Of a stretch of 20,000 nt of DNA, positions 1-10,062 are shown piece by piece. The number at the start of each line of letters is the position of its first letter. The stretch's first letter is position 1. The notes beneath the pieces are model-generated. The model was not told the DNA's origin. It was given only the letters and a program-made list of their open reading frames with translations, and did not search any database. Source of the stretch: Spirogloea muscicola (taxonomy: Eukaryota); NCBI GenBank assembly GCA_009602725.1, contig WELB01000020.1, forward strand, positions 418,223 through 438,222. Reading direction: 5' to 3'. Both the position numbers and the translations under genes were made by a program.

Positions 1-1
1 T

Positions 2-667
2 GGCGGAGGCGGCGGCGGCGGCGCACCCACGGCCGCAGGCTCCCTGCGGCGCTACAACAGCGCCACCTTTGACCATCTGGACTCGCGCTTGCCAATCGGC
101 GGCAATGGCAGCGGGGGTGGTGGCGGCGGCGGGCTACACGGGGCAGGGGCGCTGCCACTATCACCTGTTTCGGCCACTACTGCGCACTCGGCGGTGACGG
201 CGGCGCTCAGCGCACGCCGCACAGCATCTGTGCGGCGGACCGGCAGCAGCGCCGCGTCGGCGGCTGCAGACTGGGCCAGCCCCCGGGAGCGGGAGCGCGC
301 TGCGTCGCCCCTCAGCGGGGGCGGCGGCAGCAGCCGCAAGGCTGGCGTCAGTGGCCACGTCGAGTGGGTCAGCACAGCGGTGGTTGGAGGAGCGACGGCC
401 AGTATGCTGAGCCCATCCCGACGATCGGCAGAATGGGCCTATCCGGCCAGCAGATCAGACTGGGGTGTCGAGAAGGGCAGTGCGGCCCTGCCTCAAACAC
501 CACCAGCAGCAGCGACCGGCGGCGGCGGCGGCGGCACAGCTGGAGGTGGGGGGGGTCACGGCGGTGGCGGCCATGCCTTCCGTCGCACTGCGTCGCTGCC
601 ACTGAAGAGCGTGCTGCCCGAGGAGCCAGACCTATCCTGGGTGCAGAAGCTCGTCAAGGAGGGCTAG
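2..667 (+). CDS. 3' end (5'-truncated by window) of a plant-type tandem CCCH zinc-finger protein, probably the ankyrin-repeat RR-TZF subgroup (SZF1/OXS2/C3H30-like)
   Basis: Frame is open from base 2 to TAG at 665-667. A Gly/Ser/Ala-rich disordered tail carries 'SDWGVE' and ends 'EEPDLSWVQKLVKEG*', which resembles the conserved DWG and EPD(L/V)SWV(Q/N)xLVK C-terminal motifs of plant ANK-TZF proteins (recalled family knowledge). The zinc fingers themselves lie outside the window. Confidence 0.8.
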   Translation, partial: GGGGGGGAPTAAGSLRRYNSATFDHLDSRLPIGGNGSGGGGGGGLHGAGALPLSPVSATTAHSAVTAALSARRTASVRRTGSSAASAAADWASPRERERAASPLSGGGGSSRKAGVSGHVEWVSTAVVGGATASMLSPSRRSAEWAYPASRSDWGVEKGSAALPQTPPAAATGGGGGGTAGGGGGHGGGGHAFRRTASLPLKSVLPEEPDLSWVQKLVKEG

Positions 668-2372
668 CCTGGTACATGCCGGCGCTACTCCGGACCAAGT
701 CCAAGACTGTGCCGGTGGCGGACCTTGCTTGTACAGGAGCAGCGGGCATTGCTTGCAGCCGCACAATGTCGGGCGCCAGCCAGCAGGAGGATATGATTGT
801 CTTTGGGTCCCATCCAAAACTTCCTTTTGGCCCGGCCTTCTCATTGCAGTTACTGCAATGCGCGCTTTTACCTTGCCAACAATTAGCTTGCTAGAGTGAA
901 CCTTGCCGCCCTTGTCCTGAAGCAGCAAGCCACGTAGACGGGCCCGCTGCAAGCAACAGGAGGCGTTTCTCTGGGCTTTTCAATGCCTCTTGCGAGGGCA
1001 GGTTAGTCCTCCTCTGTCCATTCCTTATGCATGCCAAATTGCACTATTGCTACAATGTCTGTCGTAACGCTCATTATATGTATCGTAGATCCGCACAAGA
1101 GATCCTGATCAGTTACTATTGCGTACACATGAAGGTGCTTGTTGAGTATTGTCGGCTGGTCAAGTCCGTCTTTACGGTCTGACTGGACAATGTCTAGTGA
1201 GCCTTTATTGAACAACTCATGGGCTATAGAAGAAGCATGTTGCAACAGATGACTCCCACTCATGAGGTGATAATGCGCCTGATGTTGCAGCAGGAACAGT
1301 CACCAATAGTATTAGGATCTCTGTGAAGGCAGAATGTGTCATTGGGAGAGTGACAAGGGGGGAAAATGCTGCGGGCTGCCATTGTTGTTGCTGCTTGCCG
1401 CTACAGACGCTGCCTACCACTCATCTCTGTACCAAGAATATGTCTCATTCCAATTCTTTCATTATCCCTCATTCAGGCTGCTGCCCCTGCTTGCTCTATT
1501 CTTTAGCAAATTATCTGGCCTAGCCAGATCATATCACCTTTTTTCAATTAGCGTGGCAAGCAACATGGGTTTGTAGCTGCAGTGCTTGCTTCAGATTTGA
1601 CTGCCCCTCTCCTGCGGCTCTTGTTGACTTAATTTGTGATGTGCAACCTGGCTGACTGCAAATGCGTGTCAGTAAATTTCTCTTGTTCCTTCAAAGGGTC
1701 CAATATCCCGAGTGCCCAAGTCCCTGGCGCGTTTGCTATAGCGGGCTGTGGGGGTGCCAGGACATTGAAATTGGTTGGGTTTGGGCGCATGTGCTGTCTG
1801 AGAAGCAAGCTTGATGCCTTATGTTGTATCACATCTGCCTACTATCCATGTATGCCAGGTGACCGTCATGATGCTTGTAGGTAGTACACCTGAAGCCCAG
1901 TGTGATCAATGCAAGCTTAGTACAAGCAATGCCTCAACTTGGAGAGAAATTTGTGACAGACCATCGCTTGAGGACCAGGTGTGCTACTGTTTGCAGTCTC
2001 TAGTCGGAGTTGAATGCAGCATCTCTTGTAGATGTACGAAATTGCGCCCTTGGTATGTCATGATGTTGCTAAGCTAAGAGGGTCGTTGAAGACGTCTTTG
2101 ATCACATATGAAGATGTTACAAGACCCAAACATACAGATCCCATACGGTGACCAAGCTCAAGAAGATTCGTTCAGTGCCGGTTTGCAGTAAATCTCGAGG
2201 GTTTGAAATGGGCTGACGGACAATTGTGTGCACGAAGGCGCAAGCGCCGTTTGAAGGGAGAGGCTATCCTCTCCGAAGCGCGTCTGCCGTCTAGTATCGT
2301 TCGTCGATCGCCGTCAACGTTGAGGTTGCAGCGTTTGACGGCGGGCCCTTTCGGGATGCGAGCGCGCCGCCG

Positions 2373-2442
2373 CACGTGCTAGCGGTTGCCGGCCGGCGGC
2401 CTCGGCGCGCCGCGGACGCACGTGTGCCGGCCGCCACGTGGC
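2373..2442. promoter_or_regulatory. Cluster of three G-boxes (CACGTG), one within a perfect GCCACGTGGC palindrome (ABRE/G-box), upstream of the pyruvate kinase gene
   Basis: CACGTG at 2373-2378, 2419-2424 and 2435-2440 (GCCACGTGGC at 2433-2442), about 350-415 bp upstream of ATG 2788, in a GC-rich island. Confidence 0.55.
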
Positions 2443-2711
2443 GTAAGCCGGCGGCGCGCCCCCCCCCCCCCCAGGCCCCCTCCTTCGTTCCGGCCATCTG
2501 CAGATGTGGGTAGGCATACTTTTGCCCTCCCCAATCCAAATCTGGAGATGTGTAGACTCTTTGGCCCATCGCCCCAGCTGGGCTGGCTTTTCACCAGCCT
2601 CGAAGACCATCACTTCCAAGCTTGCTCGTGGTCGCTCAGCTCGTTTAGCTTGGAAGCCAAGCGGCCGTCTCCCAAACCGCCGCCAGAGACACCGCCCGTT
2701 TACCCCCGTCA

Positions 2712-2725
2712 CCGCCGCCGCTGCC

Positions 2726-2756
<31 letters not shown>

Positions 2757-2760
2757 CCGG
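2712..2760 (+). repeat. Imperfect (CCG)n trinucleotide microsatellite in the probable 5' UTR of the pyruvate kinase gene
   Basis: ccgccgccgctgccgccgccgccgccaccgccgccgccgccgccgg, about 16 units, ending about 27 nt before the predicted ATG. Confidence 0.9.
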
Positions 2761-2787
2761 CGGCTCAGCTCAGCGCTCTGGCGCGGG

Positions 2788-5700
2788 ATGGCGGCGACCG
2801 CAGGCTTGCATTCGGCGCCCAGTCGCATCCTCCCGCCGCCGAGGGGCCGGCAGGTATTCCGCCATCTCTGCGGCCAGGCTTCTGGCTGCTCGTTGGACTC
2901 GACGGTGATGCCAGCTATTGATCCGCCCCGCTGATGTGATTGTGTTGAAGAGAATCTCTGCTGCTCGTTCTATATTCCCGTCCCTTGCATCCTTGAACTC
3001 CCCTAAAGCTAACGCCATGTGCTTAAAATCACAAGTCCTGGTGATGGTTCAATTGATCGTCTTCCACAGTCCAAAATGACAAGCAAAGTTCCATCAAAGC
3101 TGCAGCATTCATCATGCCAACCCCTTGATGTCTGCGCAGACCTTGATTGCCTCATTGACAGTTGCTTTCTCATTACGTGCCTCTGCATTGTTGGTTGCAG
3201 CACTTTGTTGCAGCTTCTTGTCTTCAGCGCGTGAATCTTATGGACTTAAAGCATTGTGGGATTGCAACAGTAGAGACGTACTGCTGGTGAGACCACCAAT
3301 ACAAACCTCATCGCAATATTTCGGTCATAGTGTCAGGATTTGTACAAGAGCTTTTAGTTGCAATAGACCCTGAAGCCAGGGACACACACAAGTACAATTG
3401 ACTTGGGTTAGTAATAGTGTCTGTTTGCTTCTATTCCGGCCTAACGAAGATAAAAGCTGTGCAACGGGATGCAGCAGTTACAACGAGAAGAGACGCCTAT
3501 CTGCTGATAGGCGTCTGATAGCTGATCTGACAAAGAGCGGCGGGCAGCTTGGCCGGGCGTCACTCCCATCCAAATTCAGGTCCTTACGAGGATTATATCA
3601 CTGCCAGGCGCTTACGCACATGACTGTTTGTGTTTGACCCGGGCGTGACTGGAAGTATATCTCACTGCATCCCTTCACGAGCTTCTTGATGATGGAAATC
3701 AGCAATTTGTCAATTGAAGGTATGATGCTGAGTGTTGTTGGTTATCTTGCAGGTTGCAGAGACCAGATATCCTTGGACGTGCTTCAGGCTTGCAAGAAGT
3801 CCCTCTGGCTTTTCAAACAGCGCGCTGTAGAATAGAGCAGACGGAAGTACAAACTGCAATTAATGGCAGCATCAGTAGCAAGCAGGCAAGGGCTGAAGCC
3901 GATGTTATGCAGGAAGCAGCATTGGGAATTCTTAAGAAGGCAGTAACTTTGTCAGAGCCAGTATCCCCAAAGAAGGCCAAAGCTAGTATCAAAGACAACA
4001 CCAAGTCGAGCTTGCAACTGCTTCAAGCGGAGGAGCTTGTTGACAATGAAATGGCAAGGAGCAGGACAACACACAGCCCTGCAGATGATGCACTGCACGA
4101 GGCACACCACCAGAAGCTTGCAGAGTTAGTGGATGAACTGCAGCTTATCAGAGCTCATGCTCTTGACTTGGAACAGCGATACAGCTCTTACTTAAAGGGA
4201 GCTCGTAGGTTGATGACTAACCTTCTCACCACGTGATCATTGAACCTGTTGATAAAGTGCAACAGTGTGATGAGCAGCCTATTGTCTGCTGATAGATCAA
4301 GATTTTGCCATCAATCGTCTTGCCTGTATGTCTATCTTGACATCAACTAGATAGTATCATAAATTGTTTGCCCAATCAAGATGACTTTTTGCTCGTACTG
4401 CATCTTCAGTCGCTATCGAGAAAGTGCGCGCAACCTGATACATTATATTGCTCTTCGCAACCGTGACATACGTATGCTTCAATCGGTATGACCACCCTTA
4501 TCAATGACTCTAGCCAGCCAGATTCAGAACATGCTGTCTTTAGAGGTCAAGTAGGGCAAGCCTCTCCTTGGAAAAGGTGCCCATATTTAGCTGCTGTTGA
4601 GTAGTACCCCAGATGTCATTTAGGCACTCCATCACCTTGTAATCACTTAAACAACCACGTCAATGTATACTTATCATCCAACAGCAATGACCTGCATACA
4701 GAGGTTGGGAGATCTGGGCCTGTCTTCCCTTGGTCGTACAGAGGCACACACTCTTGCCTCCATCACTGCAGTTCTTAGAGTTCTCCACACACTGCTACAT
4801 GATTACCCAAACGATAGTGTGAGTAACCCATCAATCCAACTCATCAGCAACAATGATGTGCGAATTGATAACTTCGCAACTGCCTGCCTGAGATTATGCA
4901 ATTTAGCAAGGGAAGTGTGTAAGACCACCAAATAACTCTATGCAACCTAGAGTCCTCCAGAGTGTCCTGTAAGTGCTAGGTCCTGCAGAACATTTACAGC
5001 TGGCAGAGCCGATGACTGCAGCGACCTCAAGACTCCAAGAATGGAAAAGCCTCAGTGTCTCCTAGTGCAGCTCTCATTGAAGACACTCTTTTGAAGAGAG
5101 AAGTGCAAGTTGCACAAGAGCTGGAGGCTGTGGTCATGGGCTTCCAGGCTGGCGACAACTATCTGCATGCCAACACCCTGGACCTTTTGAAGGGGCCCCC
5201 TGTTGATGGACGCAAAACATACATTATGGTGACCCTGCCGTCAGAGGTAAAAATCTGAATCAAGCTTAACTGACTGCTTGTGGCACTGATCCTTGCACTC
5301 AAGCTATTAGTCAGAGAGGGTTGCCACGAACATCCTCAGTAATGATGAGTATACTAGCGGATCACTAACTTTTCCACAGAACCTGTGAACTTCAGAGGCA
5401 GTTTTTATTGGACAATATCTGAGCTGTGTATTTCTTGATCCGCGTTGTCAGGCAGCACACAATCCTAAGCTGATTGAGGGCCTTCTTGGTGCTGGCATGG
5501 ATGTAGCTCGTGTAAATTGTGCTCACGACGCCCCTGAGATATGGAGAAGGATTGTTGACAACATTCGCTGCTGCAGGTTGATACACTGTTGGGCGAAAGT
5601 AGTATTGACATCTTTGTCGTTCCTGAGGATAAACTTGTGCAAGTTTAAATCTCTGGATACTGATCAGTAATATGTCATACGTTCTGCATAGCGAGAAGCG

Positions 5701-8700
5701 TGGGCAACACTGCCCAATACTCATGGACCTTGCTGGGCCAAAGCTTCGAACTGGCCCACTCAAGGTTAGTGACAATGACTACAACCATGCTGGCCATAGA
5801 GGGACATATGCTCCTCTATATGCAAGTATGCAATCATGCAATAAGGGGTCAAGCCCTCACCTTGCTCCTAGTCTTACTTGATGTGGTATGATCCTGTTTT
5901 GTCAGACAGGCGTTGACATGAAGAAGTTCTGCAGACAAGCATTGCTTGGATTGTCACATGCCTGTAACTGTCATAATCGAAGAGGCACTCAGTGTGCACT
6001 ATTTGATAAGTCTACTGCCAACACAGATGGACCTGATAAGGTCTTGACTTGTGCTATTCACTTGCAGCCTGGTCCACAAGTCAAGAAAGTAAAGCCTGCC
6101 ATAGATGCACTGGGCAACGTCATTGGACCAGCGCGCATCTGGTTAGCAAGAGCCGGTGTAGATCCGCCAGCTACAGTCGAGATAGATGCTGTCCTACCTG
6201 TGGAGGCCGAGGATGAGTGGCTCAGGAGTCTGCATGAGGGCGATGCACTAGCCTTCATGGATGCTCGTGGCAAGGTAATTTGATCCCGCACACTATGATA
6301 GTTGACCTTAAGGCACAGTGCAGGCAGAGCAAGTCTAGTCAAGCAGGCTCGGCAACCTCTCTCTGAGTGGATTGCCAGTCCACTTGTTTTCACCCTGCAG
6401 AAGCGCACTTTGAGAATCACGGAGATAGTAGACGTGGATGGGCATCTTGGTCTTTGCGTGGAGAGTGAGAAGAGATTTTATATGTTGGTGAGCAAGCTGG
6501 CAACCATAACATGAGGCAAGAGCCACAGATCATGAGCTGTTGCATGAACTTCAGCAGACGTGCAGATTACAGCAGTGTGTAGTTCAAAAATTTGAACTAC
6601 ACACTGCACATAGTGAGACCAGAAGCTCAACCCTTCCAATCACTTACTATACAGAGTGGAACAGAGCTGAGGCTTGTTGGTGCGGGTGACAATGGATCAA
6701 GCAAGGACATTTTGGGCAGGACGACCTATGTGGGAGCCTTGCCTGCGATGGAGAGGTCAATTATCCTTAAGAAAGGCGACATATTGGTTTTGACCAGGGA
6801 GGCAAGCCCTGGAGAGCCAGCAGAGTACAGCAAGACTGGAAAATTAGTCAAACCTGCTCATGTATCTTGTGAAATACCTACGGTCTTTGAGAATGTCAAG
6901 GTACTAAGCTTGGCCCTCATCTGGTATGCTGCATCAGAAGTTGCACTGCTATTGTGTGCTTTTCAGCCTCCATGTCTGCTACTTTGTCAAACCCATAGAG
7001 TATTCTTGAGATTGGACTAGAGGTTTGTGCACAATTTCTGAGTTATGCAAGTTGCTCTCTCAGAGTGGTGAGCCAATAAAGCTCGATGATGGAAAGATTG
7101 AAGGGGTGATCAAGGATGTAAATAAGGATGAAATACGAATGAAAGTTACTCGAGCAGCTGATAAAGGAAGCAAGCTCAAGAGTCAAAAGGTCATGGTTCA
7201 CATCTTACGTAGCCTCTTGCATGATTATCTATGACATAGTAGCTGCAATGTTGCTCAATTGCTGAGATGAGCTTAGATATGTGTTTCTCACAGAGGCTAG
7301 GATCTCCACTGCATTGCACTAATATAATTGGAATTGCTGTTGATCTGCCAGGCTATCAATCTGCCTGACAGCACACTAGACCTACAGGGGCTGACCAAGC
7401 AGGATATCATGGATCTTGACTTCATAGCTGCCAATGCCGATATGGTTGCATTCTCCTTTGTAAGCACCACAGAAATGCTGTGCTCCTTCATTCGTAGACT
7501 AGTGGTGATCTAATCTCTTACAAGCTCAGAATATCACTTTGTGCAAGGAAACGGCAAGCTCTTACGAAGCTCACTACCTTCTGCAGGTCAACGATGCCAG
7601 CGATGTTGCTAAGCTTCAAGAGGAGCTGAAGCTGCGAGGAGCTTGTAATCTAGGGATTGTGCTGAAGATAGAGACCAAACATGGCTTTGAAAATCTTCCT
7701 TACATGCTTCTTCAGGTGCAGCCCATGTGCCCTGCTGAAGACCTCCTGCAGCTTGGCCTTTACTTCGTTTTGGCTAATCTCTTGGAGCAATTCAAGGTGT
7801 TTCAGCCTGGTTATCTGACAACATACGTCACAGCAGATGCTCTACTTCGATGTGCTTAATGTGCAACCACTTCCGATCAGCAGGGCATGAAGACTGGCAA
7901 CCCCTTGGGAGTCATGATTGCCAGGGGTGACTTGGCCGTGGAGCTCGGATGGGAGCGTTTAGCTGGTAATCAAGTGCTTCCGGCAAACAAGTCCAGAATG
8001 ACGGAGTGAACCAACAATTTGTAATTGTTGGCATCACACAGCACAGGACGCCCTTGCCAAGTGTATCACCTTCCTGTATGTGTGCCGCGGTGCTACTGTG
8101 CAGAGGTTCAGGAACAGATACTGTGGTTGTGTGAAGCTGCGCACGTTCCTGTGATATGGGCAACGCAGGTATGTCACGCATGCATTGTCTGGCCTCTTGC
8201 ACGTGTGTCATGCCATGTTCCCACAGAATTTCTAATTCGTTTACAGGCAATGGTTGTTCTGTGCAAGCAGCAATGTTGGATTGGTTACATGAAGGTGGAA
8301 TGTTGCAAGGATATCTTCCATGGTGCATGATGGTGTTGGTCTCATGTCAGGTACTTGAGAGCCTAGCAAAGGCAGGACTACCTTCAAGAGCTGAGATTAC
8401 AGATGCAGCTATGGGGGAGAGGTCAGGCCCATTCTCACTGCTGTGCTCACTCGCAACAGCATGCAGACATGCCCATAATAAGTACTGTTGAAAGTGGTGC
8501 AATCCCTCTTGCCTAAAAGCAACCAGCATGAGCAGCATGGAAGAGCATGTCATACACCAGATCCTGCCTCACAGGTCCATCTGCTGCGCATGCAGGGCCG
8601 AGTGTGTGATGCTGAACAAGGGCCCCCACATTGTGAGGGCAGTTAGCATCTTGGCCGACATCTTGGTGCGCATGAGCAGCCACCAGTCCAAGAAGCAGTC

Positions 8701-8761
8701 CATGCTCCGATCGCTCCACGTATCGCAATGCTTTGAAGAAGGGGCAACACCGCCAGCCTGA
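2788..8761 (+). CDS. PKP4: Pyruvate kinase, PKP4 (plastidial pyruvate kinase 4)/long bacterial-type family; 17 exons, about 805 aa
   Basis: Phase-consistent GT-AG exons: 2788-2853, 3760-4208, 4410-4485, 4702-4818, 5022-5246, 5452-5576, 5692-5764, 6068-6274, 6401-6487, 6655-6900, 7064-7189, 7352-7459, 7587-7715, 7884-7965, 8104-8168, 8351-8421, 8596-8761 (2418 nt). Motifs: [12 protein letters not shown] and [12 protein letters not shown] (PKP4-type N-terminal extension), [102 protein letters not shown]. The exon 1 start and exon 1-2 junction are the least certain parts (extra small exons in 2854-3759 are possible). Confidence 0.93.
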
Positions 8762-9127
8762 CCTCCAGCTTGGCTCGCAACCAGCGGTCAAACAGCGCGA
8801 CCAGCCCGCCCCTTTTGGCCGCCAGTAAACAGAGTCATAGTGTGATGCCGAATACTTGTACCACAGAGCCGCTGTAAGTGGCACTAGTCTCGGGCCAGCT
8901 CTACAGTAATTTCAATTATCATTGACCTACCTCTGCATGTGCTCTAGATGGGCGCTCAGAGGCCACCTATGTTGATTTATACCTGCGCGATACTGTACCG
9001 CCAGGGGGAATGCAACCTGGTGCATTAGAGGCACAACCAGCCCGTCGCGTGTACCTTGCTCCTGAGGCTTGTCAGGGGTTAGATACCTCTGACAGCCTTG
9101 TAAGGCCACACTAGTGACTGAAGAGAT

Positions 9128-9158
9128 TCATACATCACCTAAAGAAGGTGATGTATGA
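9128..9158. other. Perfect 13-bp stem / 5-nt loop hairpin between the convergent 3' ends of the pyruvate kinase and beta-propeller genes
   Basis: TCATACATCACCT (9128-9140) - AAAGA - AGGTGATGTATGA (9146-9158); the arms are exact reverse complements. Confidence 0.75.
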
Positions 9159-10062
9159 CATTCTGGCCTAAAAGGCATCTGTCTGAATGAGAAGGTTGGT
9201 CAATACTGGTCTGACATGACAGATGAACAAGGACGGTTGCTTGTTGGTTGTCAAACCACATTATCACTGATGATGTCTCATAGTATGTCATGTGACAAAC
9301 ACGCAAGCATGCTTATCCTTGATGTCCTTGCATAATACAAGAGTGGCGCACGCTTCTGTGGCCTGACTGTCTCAGGACAGACTCGACCAGTTGCAGTACA
9401 AGTATCAAACCCTTTGGCTATGGAATGAAGTTTTTACCACAACAATGTACTGCACAGCAGTCAAAGCAGTTGCGTCAAGTAGCTCGCTTTGCCTTCAAGT
9501 GAATTCTCATGTAAAGCAGCTGCAGCCTGCTGCAATGCACAACCAAGTTAGTGATTGACGCGAAGAACCCAGCTGCAGCTGGAATGCAACCAGCCCACAG
9601 AGGCTTTCGGTTCTTCATGCCTAGCAAGTTTGGCACGCAAGCAATGTGCTGAGAGCTTCCGAGTCTGGCGCAGTCCCCCGATAATCAAAGCAGCACCTGG
9701 CAGCTCACGGCACCCTGGGCTCACAGCAATGCATCTCAAGGGCGACCGCAGAGGCAGTCCCTGTCCGTGGCTTGCAAGCCACAAAAATGGGGTCTTCGGT
9801 GCTATTCACGCGAGTGCCAAAAAGGTTTTGGGAGCAGTAGAGGGCCCAAGATAGGCCTGCGCCTGCGCACTCTAGTCGGCCTGTTAGACTCAGTTCCTGC
9901 AGCGGAACAGGTCCCATGCAGCCATCAATCCGTCACTTCTTCTTCCTAGCGAGACTGACCTCGCGTTGCCTGACACGCAAGACGCAATAAAACTGTCTCC
10001 GGAGCACCCTCCTCTTGAGGTTGCCCTGCCTGGCTGCACGATCGTGCGCAGCGCTTGTCATC

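Noticed and set aside
668..2170. Short Cys/Leu-rich ORFs downstream of the zinc-finger gene
   Set aside because: No recognisable motifs or consistent exon chain; best read as 3' UTR/intergenic. A donor-like GCAG|GTTAGT near 1001 could mark a 3' UTR intron but is unsupported.
2172..2934. Overlapping ORFs with poly-Ala/poly-Arg tracts in the pyruvate kinase upstream island
   Set aside because: Products of GC richness and the CCG microsatellite; only 2788-2853 fits a spliced gene.
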